Shown here: piece by piece, positions 49,596 to 58,564 of the stretch
How the letters are laid out: every line of letters starts with the position of its first letter
Numbering within the stretch: the stretch's first letter is position 1
Assembly: GCA_963675525.2 (NCBI GenBank)
Contig: CAXXSL010000013.1
Span: forward strand, 576,001-640,000
Direction of reading: 5' to 3'
Length of the DNA stretch: 64,000 bases
Origin: Anaerohalosphaeraceae bacterium
Lineage (GTDB): Bacteria; Planctomycetota; Phycisphaerae; Sedimentisphaerales; Anaerohalosphaeraceae
Notes under the pieces: generated by a model
What the model was told of the DNA's origin: nothing
The model's database searches: none
What the model saw: the letters and a program-made list of their open reading frames with translations, nothing else
Made by a program: the position numbers and the translations under genes

Positions 49596-50860
49596 GATCA
49601 GCAGACAATATAGAAAAACAAATTAACAAATTTAATCTCGACATCAATGCCGATAAGGACCGGCAAATCCTAAATGAGCTATTACAGGCACAGGAAAACG
49701 CCAACCGCTCATCCGACCGGCCTTCTCGGTTCAGCTTACGGAGAATGATCATGCAAAATAAGAAATTTTCGTTAACCACCGCGGCAACTGTTATTATTGC
49801 CGTTTTGTTAACCATTACCTTTTTAGGAAAAACGCCCCAGGCTTGGGCCATCGAAGAAACCATCAAAGCCCTCAAGCAATATAACGGTGCCTATCTAAGC
49901 GGCGTCTGTCCCGGACAAACCGGCTCATCGGTCGGATTTGAATTGTGGGTTCGAACCAATGACACCGGTACATCGACAAAAAATGTTTTGGTCAAGCTAG
50001 ACGACGGACTCATGGTCTGGACCAAAGATAATGCAACCTATGCCTATTTACCCGACCAAAACACAGTCCTGTACGAAGATGCCGTTACGACCGGGTTCAG
50101 TCATTTTCTGGGTCCTGAGCTTTTCGAACTGCTGTCAAGCATCAAAGATGCCCGAACAACCTACGGCTATGACTCGGCAACGGGACGCAAACGCGCGATG
50201 CTATCTGGCGGCATGACAGATGTATCCGGAGCCAAATTTTTACAGGTCGAATTTGATGTTGACAGCAAACTGGTGGTAAGCATTAAACAATGGGACAATC
50301 TACGTCCGCAAGGTACCCCAACCTTCCACGCATTTACAATCCGGTACTTTGAGCAGCTTCCCGACAGTACTTTTGAAGTCCATATCCCGGATGGAGTAAC
50401 GTATATTGAAAAGCCGGTCACGATCCCCGAGGCCAACCTGAAGATCCTGAGCAATCCCCGATACGGCATCTCATCTGAAGGGTTGACAAAAGAACAGGCC
50501 AGCCGGGAAATTCTTGAACAACTGTACAATGCCATCCTCGACGGAGACCTGAAACGCATCCGAAACTTAGCGCCTGTAACTGAGTCCTGGCCAGATGATC
50601 TGCTCAAAAATCTTCTGCATATAGAACACAATAATGAGATCGTTCAGGTCCTGGAAATCGGCGGGATATCCAGAGAAAGTGCCTCATCACTGGGACCGAT
50701 CGTCGTCGTTCCCGTTACGACAAAACGCAAAGACGGCACTGTCTGGCTGGCCAATTGCATCATCCAATTCAGGCAAATTGACGGGGAAGCATCCTGCGTC
50801 GTACATGGGCCCCAGGGGCTGCCGGTACAATTAGAGTCGTCTTCAGAGATACGAAACTGA
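49592..50860 (+). CDS. Putative membrane anti-sigma factor
   Basis: ATGA overlap with the sigma gene, single TM, AWAIEETIKAL, large periplasmic domain. Confidence 0.75.
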   Translation: MRSADNIEKQINKFNLDINADKDRQILNELLQAQENANRSSDRPSRFSLRRMIMQNKKFSLTTAATVIIAVLLTITFLGKTPQAWAIEETIKALKQYNGAYLSGVCPGQTGSSVGFELWVRTNDTGTSTKNVLVKLDDGLMVWTKDNATYAYLPDQNTVLYEDAVTTGFSHFLGPELFELLSSIKDARTTYGYDSATGRKRAMLSGGMTDVSGAKFLQVEFDVDSKLVVSIKQWDNLRPQGTPTFHAFTIRYFEQLPDSTFEVHIPDGVTYIEKPVTIPEANLKILSNPRYGISSEGLTKEQASREILEQLYNAILDGDLKRIRNLAPVTESWPDDLLKNLLHIEHNNEIVQVLEIGGISRESASSLGPIVVVPVTTKRKDGTVWLANCIIQFRQIDGEASCVVHGPQGLPVQLESSSEIRN

Positions 50861-51086
50861 AGATTTAGCATCAACTGGGAAAAATCATATAATCGTCATC
50901 TGTACATCAATACCTCGGTCCCCAAAAGCGATCGTCATTGTTTTTTGGGGGCCTTTTTCATGTTTTTCGTTTGAGATTCCCCCGATTTAATCCGTGCAAA
51001 AACATGAAGATTTGATAATATTTACGCGTCGTATAATTCTATAAATGACCGTAACCCTAACAATGACAATTTTAGTGAGGGAAATC

Positions 51087-52643
51087 ATGAAAGGTATTCT
51101 GTGTGGTCTTATTCTGGCGATAATTCTATCCGGTTGTACTGCATCGCTGCAGGCCGATATTGCGTCCAAAACCAGCACATATTACGTTAATAGCCAAAAT
51201 GGCAACGATGACAATCCCGGAACAATTCGGGGAAAGGCCTGGGCCAGCTTAGATAAGGTCAACTCCATCGTTTTTCAGCCGGGAGATATAATTCTTTTCA
51301 AAGCCGGCAGTGTCTATACCGGCCAACTCAAACCACAGGGCTCCGGCAAGGAAGGTGCCCCGATCATCATTGACATGTATGGTGTTGGAAACAAGCCGCG
51401 GATTGACGGTAAGGGATTACATGTTGATACGGTTCTGCTGGAAAATGTCCAATACTGGGAAGTGAATAATCTCGAAATCACAAATACCGCTCCGCAGCGT
51501 TTGAAATGGCAAACGGGTGTAAAAGTTTTTTCAAACAGTTTCGGCACCATGCATCATATCCGGTTGAAAAATCTTTATGTTCATGACGTCAACGGGCATT
51601 TGGAGAAATCGGCCGAGGGCTGCGGCATTTTTGCCTTGTCTGACGGCAAGGAACCCTCACGTTTTGATGGTTTGCTGATCGAAGATTGTCACGTTGTTCG
51701 TACGGATCGCAACGGCATCTGCATGAAAAGCGAATTCGTCGACCGCTCGGGCAACTGGTTTCCGAGCTTAAATGTTGTCATTCGGGGTAATGTTGTCGAA
51801 GACTGCGGCGGCGACGGCATCAAACCGTGGGGCGTAGACGGCTGTCTTGTTGAGTATAACGTTGTCAATGGTGCACGGATGCGCTGCCCGGGATATGCTG
51901 CGGGAATCTGGCCGTGGAGCAGTGATAACGCAATTTTCCAGTACAACGAAGCCTGTAACGTAAAAGGAACAAAAGACGGACAGGGATTTGATTCAGACTA
52001 TAATTCCAAAAACACTATCTTCCAGTACAACTACAGCCATGATAATGACGGCGGATTTATGCTGGTCTGCTCGCAACCGCTCGAACCGTATAATTGCGGT
52101 AATATCGACACCATTGTTCGGTACAACATCAGCCAAAATGACGGTGCCCGCATCTTTCAGATTACCGGAGAACTGGACGGCACATACATTTATAACAATG
52201 TGATTTATGTTAAAGAGGGGATCGACGTCCCGATGATCTTGTTTGATAACTGGGGCAAGAAGCTGCCGAAGAGAACTTATTTCTACAACAATGTCTTTTA
52301 CGCGGACGGAAAAGTGAATTATTTGTGTACAACAAACGAAGGTCGACGGCCTCTGGACACTGAGTACATGAAAGCACAGGATGTTGTTTTCTCCAATAAC
52401 GTTTTCTATGGTAATCATGTCGATCCGCCGCATGATCCTCATGCCATTACGGATGATCCGATGCTGGTCAATCCCGGCAGCGGCAGCGATGGAATAAACT
52501 CTGTCGATGGGTATAAACTGAAAGCCGGATCACCCTGTATCGGTGCAGGAAAAACGATCGACAACGGCGGTTTCCTCGATTACTGGGGCAATGAACTCAA
52601 AGGCAACAGACCCGACATCGGTGCGCATGCGTTTTCAGATTAA
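51087..52643 (+). CDS. Right-handed beta-helix lipoprotein (pectin-lyase-like fold)
   Basis: Lipobox LSGC; YYVNS..GNDDN.G, DGQGFDSDYN, QYNYSHDNDGGF, PDIGA. Confidence 0.85.
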   Translation: MKGILCGLILAIILSGCTASLQADIASKTSTYYVNSQNGNDDNPGTIRGKAWASLDKVNSIVFQPGDIILFKAGSVYTGQLKPQGSGKEGAPIIIDMYGVGNKPRIDGKGLHVDTVLLENVQYWEVNNLEITNTAPQRLKWQTGVKVFSNSFGTMHHIRLKNLYVHDVNGHLEKSAEGCGIFALSDGKEPSRFDGLLIEDCHVVRTDRNGICMKSEFVDRSGNWFPSLNVVIRGNVVEDCGGDGIKPWGVDGCLVEYNVVNGARMRCPGYAAGIWPWSSDNAIFQYNEACNVKGTKDGQGFDSDYNSKNTIFQYNYSHDNDGGFMLVCSQPLEPYNCGNIDTIVRYNISQNDGARIFQITGELDGTYIYNNVIYVKEGIDVPMILFDNWGKKLPKRTYFYNNVFYADGKVNYLCTTNEGRRPLDTEYMKAQDVVFSNNVFYGNHVDPPHDPHAITDDPMLVNPGSGSDGINSVDGYKLKAGSPCIGAGKTIDNGGFLDYWGNELKGNRPDIGAHAFSD

Positions 52644-52692
52644 CGGTATTACGGGTATTGCGAATCTTTACCGTTTACGTGACGTTTAGCCA

Positions 52693-52731
52693 GGCCCCAA
52701 GAGCGATTCATTCCGTTTTTGGGGCTTTTTT
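52693..52731 (+). terminator. Probable terminator, similar to the hairpin at about 50918-50958
   Basis: GGCCCCAAGAGCG...CGTTTTTGGGGCTTTTTT. Confidence 0.7.
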
Positions 52732-52845
52732 AATGTTTTTCACTCTGGAATTCGTTAAATTTTAAAATATTTAGACGGAAATCCTCACCTCAGTTGTGTT
52801 TATAATGAAGGATGATCATTCTTACGAAAAGCCGGCGAGGTATCG

Positions 52846-53385
52846 ATGCTCGAAGACAAATTGCTCTTATGGAAATTTAAGCGAGGCTCAGGCGAGGCTC
52901 TCGAAAAGATTTATGATAAATACGAGACCTACCTGATAACCGTTGCGACAGCTCTTTTAAATAACACGCAGACGGCCGAAGATGTGCTCCATGATGTCTT
53001 TGTCTCGTTTGTACAGTCGGCGGACCGCATCAAGCTTGACGGCAGTCTAAAGGCTTATTTAGCCGTTTGTGTTGCTAACAGTGCCCGTAATCATCTCAAG
53101 CGACGGCAACGGGAGCCGGCATCGATGGATGACAACGACCCGGTCGACGCTGCCGGTCCGGGCCCGGAGTTATCGGCGATCCAGAAAGAGCAAACGGCGA
53201 TTTTGAATCGGGTCATGGCACAGCTTCCATACGAGCAGCGAGAAGTGGTCGTTCTTCACCTGCAGGGCAATATGAAGTTTACGGAAATCGCCAAATTAAG
53301 AAGTACTTCTGCTAATACGATCCAAAGCCGGTACCGCTATGGGTTGGAAAAATTAAGGTCACTTTTAAACAGCGAGGTGATATGA
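52846..53385 (+). CDS. ECF sigma-70 factor, paralog of 49050-49595
   Basis: MLEDKLL, AEDVLHDVF, TIQSRYRYGLEKLR. Confidence 0.92.
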   Translation: MLEDKLLLWKFKRGSGEALEKIYDKYETYLITVATALLNNTQTAEDVLHDVFVSFVQSADRIKLDGSLKAYLAVCVANSARNHLKRRQREPASMDDNDPVDAAGPGPELSAIQKEQTAILNRVMAQLPYEQREVVVLHLQGNMKFTEIAKLRSTSANTIQSRYRYGLEKLRSLLNSEVI

Positions 53386-54617
53386 GAAAATCGCTTAAAG
53401 ATATTCAAAAGATCGTTACAGAATTTACTATCAAACCCACATCAGAGATGCGAAGCAAGGTGCTCGATGAAGCCTTGGAACTTCAAAAAAATCGAAAGCA
53501 GCCAAGCACCTCTGATACCGATAGATGGAGAATTATCATGAAAAACAGAACAACAAAGTATGCCGCAGCAGCATTGATCATGGTTGCGGTTTTAATCGGG
53601 TTCAATGTGCTGACCCCCGCACCTGCATGGGCGATCGAACAAACCATCGAAGCACTCCGGGAAATCAAAGGTGTCTATTTGTCCGGGGTCGTGTATTATC
53701 CGGGTCACCCCAAAGAAACGTTTGAAATGTGGGCACGACCACACAGTGAGAATTCATCCGTCTCAGGTGATTTCAGACTGCAGGAAGGTGAAAATCACAT
53801 TTGTGTTGCGTCAGAGACCCAAAACCTCACTTTCGTATACACTCAAAATCCGGAGCAGGGTGTCGTTTATGTCACCGAAGGGCTGAACAGACGCTGCGAT
53901 ACATTTCCAACGGGTGACCTATTCGGCCAATTTAAAGAAATGGCAACCAACTGGAACGAAGAATATGGCAAGGACCCGGAAACCGGCAGGGACTGCGTAT
54001 TTGTCACATTTGAAGGCCCTGCGGTCAATACCGCACGCTACTGGCTGCTTCAGTTTGACCTGGAAACTAAACTTCCGGTGCATGTCAGTGTGTGGTTCAG
54101 CAGTGATTATTCAGGGCAGCCGCATTTCGACTTCACAACGATCACCTACGATCCTGAAATGGGCGAAGATCTATTCGCGTTTGACATTCCGCAGGAGGCA
54201 CAAGTTGTTGACTGCCGCGAGGTTCGCCAGATGCTTGATGAAAGCCCGGACTGTGGAATCGAAGTTGAAAACCTTAGTATCGAGGATGCCTGTAAAAAAG
54301 TAGCACAAGAATACTGGCAGGCGGTTATTGACCGGGATGTGTCAAAGATACAGCATATCAGACCTTTAGCTGTCGGCAGTGAGTGGGACCGATTGTCCGT
54401 GAGCTACGAAACAAACAAACCGGTTATGCTGATGAATATCCCGGACATGAACCATCTGAATGACCCGGGGACTTTTGCCGAGGTGACCTGTATTCTCACA
54501 ACCCAGGAAGGTAAGACAGCAAAAAGCACTTTGAATATTGAAATCAGGCAAACGAACCGAGGGAAAATCGGTGTCGTCGCGGGCGTCGTAGGCCCTGAGT
54601 TAAACATTGTGAATTAA
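53382..54617 (+). CDS. Putative membrane anti-sigma factor, paralog of 49592-50860
   Basis: ATGA overlap, TM, AWAIEQTIEAL. Confidence 0.75.
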   Translation: MRKSLKDIQKIVTEFTIKPTSEMRSKVLDEALELQKNRKQPSTSDTDRWRIIMKNRTTKYAAAALIMVAVLIGFNVLTPAPAWAIEQTIEALREIKGVYLSGVVYYPGHPKETFEMWARPHSENSSVSGDFRLQEGENHICVASETQNLTFVYTQNPEQGVVYVTEGLNRRCDTFPTGDLFGQFKEMATNWNEEYGKDPETGRDCVFVTFEGPAVNTARYWLLQFDLETKLPVHVSVWFSSDYSGQPHFDFTTITYDPEMGEDLFAFDIPQEAQVVDCREVRQMLDESPDCGIEVENLSIEDACKKVAQEYWQAVIDRDVSKIQHIRPLAVGSEWDRLSVSYETNKPVMLMNIPDMNHLNDPGTFAEVTCILTTQEGKTAKSTLNIEIRQTNRGKIGVVAGVVGPELNIVN

Positions 54618-54646
54618 TGTCTATCTAAACGAATTAAAATGCTGCT

Positions 54647-54677
54647 AAAGGCCGGGCTGTTTAGTCCGGCCTTTTTT
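54647..54677. terminator. Terminator between convergent genes
   Basis: AAAGGCCGGGCT-GTTT-AGTCCGGCCTTTTTT. Confidence 0.8.
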
Positions 54678-54686
54678 ATTATTTCA

Positions 54687-55250
54687 TCAACCGCATTCGT
54701 GATAACGGAAGCAGCGGGTCAGGTGGTCGTTGACCAGGCCCGCTGACTGCATGAAGGCGTAGCAGATGGTGGAGCCGACGAATTTGAAGCCGCGTTTTTT
54801 CATCGCCTTGCTCATCGCATCCGACTCGGGACTTGTGGCGGGAATATCTTTGAGGGTTTTCCACTTGTTGCGAATGGGTTTTCCATTGACGAATTGCCAG
54901 AGATACGCATCGAACGAACCGAACTCGGCCTGAATATCCAGAACGCACTGGGCATTCGTTACGGCGGATGCAACTTTGAGGCGGTTGCGGACGATGCCGG
55001 GGTTGTTGAGAAGGGATTCAATTTTTCGCTGGTTGTAAAGGGCAATTTTAGCCGGATCGAAGTTGTCAAACGCCTTACGGTAGTTTTCACGTTTATGCAG
55101 GATCGTCCGCCAACTTAGCCCGGCCTGGACATTATCCAACAGCAGTAATTCAAACAGCTTGCGGTCATCATGGGCCGGGGTGCCCCACTCGGTATCATGA
55201 TAGTCAAGCATCAACTCATCCTCCCCCGGCCACCCGCAACTGTTCTGCAT
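54687..55250 (-). CDS. tag: DNA-3-methyladenine glycosylase I
   Basis: CGW, YHDTEWG, QAGLSWRTIL.KRENYR.AF, GFKFVGSTICYAFMQSAGLVNDH..C. Confidence 0.95.
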   Translation of the reverse strand: MQNSCGWPGEDELMLDYHDTEWGTPAHDDRKLFELLLLDNVQAGLSWRTILHKRENYRKAFDNFDPAKIALYNQRKIESLLNNPGIVRNRLKVASAVTNAQCVLDIQAEFGSFDAYLWQFVNGKPIRNKWKTLKDIPATSPESDAMSKAMKKRGFKFVGSTICYAFMQSAGLVNDHLTRCFRYHECG

Positions 55251-55280
55251 AAATCATTCCCTCAATATCAAATACAAATT

Positions 55281-55574
55281 CTAAATTCCGATACCCAAAA
55301 ACCCTAATAAAATACGGACTACAAAAGTCACAAAAATCAAAGGAAACAAACCAAACCGGATAAAATCTTTTCCGGCTCGCGAATTCCGTGCTTTTTTGGA
55401 AATCAATATTGCGACGTTCAGTATCCAATGCGCAATAGTCAGGAAAGCTGTTATCATAAATAAAACTCCCCCATCCAGAATAATACTGGAAAAGACCAAG
55501 AATAACAGATCCAGAATTACCCCCGTATAAATCGCCTCCTTCAGGCTCAGAACAGCTTTTTCGCGTGCAGGCAT
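55281..55574 (-). CDS. Small AT-rich membrane protein
   Basis: Three hydrophobic segments, ILDGG motif. Confidence 0.6.
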   Translation of the reverse strand: MPAREKAVLSLKEAIYTGVILDLLFLVFSSIILDGGVLFMITAFLTIAHWILNVAILISKKARNSRAGKDFIRFGLFPLIFVTFVVRILLGFLGIGI

Positions 55575-55623
55575 TATTCAATCCTTCAATTCATATGCTT
55601 TAAAAACAGTCTCAATAAATCTT

Positions 55624-57027
55624 TTAAAACTGAAAATAGACAAACGGATGAAAGCCCCTGGCCCTGAACAAGATCATGATCCAGATCAGGGTAAACAGGA
55701 TAAAGGGCGTATACCATTTATCCGCCGGCAGTTGGAACCATTTTCGATATTGACTGCCGCCGATATAATGAATGACCACTAATAAGGGCAGTATGATCAC
55801 GGCCCGGGCTGAAATCCATAGGACGTTTTCGTTCCACACCGGAACATACAACATTTTTGAAAAAATCCCCCAGGCATCCGCAAAGGTTTGGGATCGAAAG
55901 AAAACCCAGGCAAAAATCACCACCAGCATCGTATAAAGCCATCCTCCGAATCGCCGTAACGGGCTTTTACCTTCCATGCGTCCATCGACGCCGAGCCGCT
56001 TTTCAATAACCAGAGCGATACCGTGGATGCCCCCCCAGAACACAAATGTCCATGCCGCACCGTGCCACAGTCCGCCCAAAACCATCGTCACCATCACGTT
56101 AATATAGGTGCGAACCGTTCCCTTCCGGTTGCCGCCCAGCGGAATATAGAGATAATCGCGCAGCCAGCTGGACAAGGAAATATGCCATTTCTTCCAGAAC
56201 ATGGTCAGTGAGGTGGATGTGTAGGGATGGTCGAAGTTTTCATCGAAATCATAGCCCATCATCCGTGCCATCCCGATCGCCATGTCGCTGTAGCCGGAAA
56301 AGTCACAATAAATCTGCCCCGTATATGCAAGAACGCCGATCCATACTGTGACGCCGTCAAGGACTTCGAAATTGCCGAAGACATAATCAGACACTAAAGC
56401 CAGGTGATCGGCAAACATGACTTTTTTGAACATCCCGAAAATAAACTGGCGAAATCCCAGGAAAAACCGTTCGGCCGTCAGCCTGCGGTATTCTCTCAGT
56501 TGCGGCAGCAGACTGGAAGCCCTGACAATGGGACCGGCCACCAGTTGCGGGAAAAACCCGACATAGAGCGCAAAGTCAAAAATATTATCGCACACCTGAA
56601 TCTTTTTTCGGTAGACATCAATTGTGTACGACAGTGTCTGGAAGGTATAAAAAGAAATTCCGACAGGCAGGATAATATTGAGCGTTTGTACATGAAAACC
56701 ACATGGCTCGAGGAAGGTCTGCATTGACTCGATGAAAAAGTTGAAATATTTAAAAAAGCCGAGTACACCGAGGTTCGCAACAAGGCTGATCACCAGCAGC
56801 AATTTTCGTTGGGCGATACGGCTGGTGTGTTTTAATCCCTGGCCGACACAGAAATCAACAAGGGTGGAAAAAAGCAGCAGCCCGCAAAATCGCCAGTCCC
56901 AGTAGGCATAGAAATAATAACTGGCAGCAAGCAACATGAACTTTCGATAGCGATTGCTCCGGATGGCTGCCAGCAATACCAACACAGCCGCAAAAAAGAT
57001 AATGAATATAAGCTTTGAAAACAGCAT
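55624..57027 (-). CDS. MBOAT O-acyltransferase (AlgI/PatA family)
   Basis: LPVGISFYTFQ, FFPQLVAGPI, QIYCDFSGYSDMAIG, WHISLSSWLRDYLYIPLGG, GLWHGA, FVYFQF. Confidence 0.93.
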   Translation of the reverse strand: MLFSKLIFIIFFAAVLVLLAAIRSNRYRKFMLLAASYYFYAYWDWRFCGLLLFSTLVDFCVGQGLKHTSRIAQRKLLLVISLVANLGVLGFFKYFNFFIESMQTFLEPCGFHVQTLNIILPVGISFYTFQTLSYTIDVYRKKIQVCDNIFDFALYVGFFPQLVAGPIVRASSLLPQLREYRRLTAERFFLGFRQFIFGMFKKVMFADHLALVSDYVFGNFEVLDGVTVWIGVLAYTGQIYCDFSGYSDMAIGMARMMGYDFDENFDHPYTSTSLTMFWKKWHISLSSWLRDYLYIPLGGNRKGTVRTYINVMVTMVLGGLWHGAAWTFVFWGGIHGIALVIEKRLGVDGRMEGKSPLRRFGGWLYTMLVVIFAWVFFRSQTFADAWGIFSKMLYVPVWNENVLWISARAVIILPLLVVIHYIGGSQYRKWFQLPADKWYTPFILFTLIWIMILFRARGFHPFVYFQF

Positions 57028-57030
57028 GTG

Positions 57031-58104
57031 TTATTGTTTTCCCCCATCACCGGTTATTGATGAGTTATCTGAAAAGTACTCGATCATAGAATCGGCAATA
57101 ATGCGATGCCCCGTTTGATTCCAATGCCCCGCCCCGGGATAAGTCCATGCAAATCCTTTAGGGAATTCTCCCGTTTCATCGAAATGGGCTAAAAAGTCGT
57201 TCCGCAAGTCGATGACGTCGACATTGCATTCTCTGGCGACACGAATAAATCCATCGAGAATCTGAGCGTTTGTAATCGTCCTTTTTATGCTCCCCGCTTC
57301 GATCCTCGGAACGGTTTCTTTGATCGCGATGACCACACGCCGCTGCTCGGCGGAAGCCAATGCGGTATCGATCAGGGTTTTCCAAAAAACATCATACGCG
57401 TGCTTATTTTCACTGTTAACCGGTTGATTTGAACGAGGTGATCTTTGGTGAACCGGGCCGGGTCGAAAGCGAATATCATCCATCGCATCTTTCGACCGCT
57501 TCAGCAACTCCCAGAGAAAATTTGCTTTTGCTTCATAGAGGCATTTCCTGAGATCGTGAAGGGGTCTTGGTCTGGGTTTATAAACAAATTCCGGCGGGTC
57601 CAGCTTTTGCGTGATGCCGTTGGGCAAGATGTCGTCAACACCGAGAAACAAGACATACGTATCAACCTGGGAAAATACGTTCGGAATGGTTTTCATGAGT
57701 TCAAAATAGACCGGACAATCCCGCCCCGAAAAGCCGTAAGCAATCGCATATCGCTGATTGGTAATATCCCGGTTATAAAGATTATAAAAATTTTTGCCGA
57801 GAGCAACCTGTCCGGCCTGGACATATGAATCCCCAAAAAAGCATACTTGCGGAGTCGATCCCGCCGGTATCGTTTCCAATCCCTGTGCTCCGTGGGCATT
57901 AAATTGTGTCCTGCCGGCCCCTTCTTGCCATTCGATCTGGGCAGTTCCCGGGGCATGAATCATGATATTCAGTTGGGTGTCGAATTGCCACAAGTCCGGA
58001 AGTGACAAGACAAGGGTGCCGACCAGCCAGATCAGAACGATCGATAAACCGAAACCGCAACACCACCGCAGCAATATCTTCTTAAGTCGGCTATCGTATA
58101 ACAT
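57031..58104 (-). CDS. SGNH-fold partner of the MBOAT (AlgJ/PatB-like)
   Basis: N-terminal TM, FGDSY block, GHWNQTGH. Confidence 0.75.
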   Translation of the reverse strand: MLYDSRLKKILLRWCCGFGLSIVLIWLVGTLVLSLPDLWQFDTQLNIMIHAPGTAQIEWQEGAGRTQFNAHGAQGLETIPAGSTPQVCFFGDSYVQAGQVALGKNFYNLYNRDITNQRYAIAYGFSGRDCPVYFELMKTIPNVFSQVDTYVLFLGVDDILPNGITQKLDPPEFVYKPRPRPLHDLRKCLYEAKANFLWELLKRSKDAMDDIRFRPGPVHQRSPRSNQPVNSENKHAYDVFWKTLIDTALASAEQRRVVIAIKETVPRIEAGSIKRTITNAQILDGFIRVARECNVDVIDLRNDFLAHFDETGEFPKGFAWTYPGAGHWNQTGHRIIADSMIEYFSDNSSITGDGGKQ

Positions 58105-58107
58105 TGG

Positions 58108-58398
58108 TCAAACCCGGTGCATCATCTTGAAGATGTTTTCGTGCTGGAAAGTGATGTTCAGGTCCATCTCTTTGCCGAGTTTGCCTAGCTGTTTGTGCAG
58201 TTTGTCCATGTCCGCGGTGGCATCGGTAATATCGCAGGCCATTGTCATCACGAAGTACTTTTCCATAATGCGCTGGCTGACGTCGATGATGTTCACGTTG
58301 GCCTTGGCCATGATCGCACTGATCTTTGCGATGATGCCGACTTTGTCGATGCCGGTCACGGTCACAATACAGACCTGCCGGGTTTTCTGCTTTGCCAT
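58108..58398 (-). CDS. ACT-domain protein (UPF0237)
   Basis: VTVTGIDKVGIIA, NIIDVSQ, QHENIFKMMHRV. Confidence 0.9.
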   Translation of the reverse strand: MAKQKTRQVCIVTVTGIDKVGIIAKISAIMAKANVNIIDVSQRIMEKYFVMTMACDITDATADMDKLHKQLGKLGKEMDLNITFQHENIFKMMHRV

Positions 58399-58564
58399 AT
58401 TTTCGGTCCTTAAGTTTTCAGTCCTTAGTCTTTAGGGAATTACTCTCAGACACGGATTATCGCAGATGAAGGGGGATTCTCAAGAAAAATTTCAGAATTG
58501 ACAACTCCGCATAAATCTGATTTCATCTAAGCTGATGAAACTTAGTTTTCAAAGGGGAACCATC

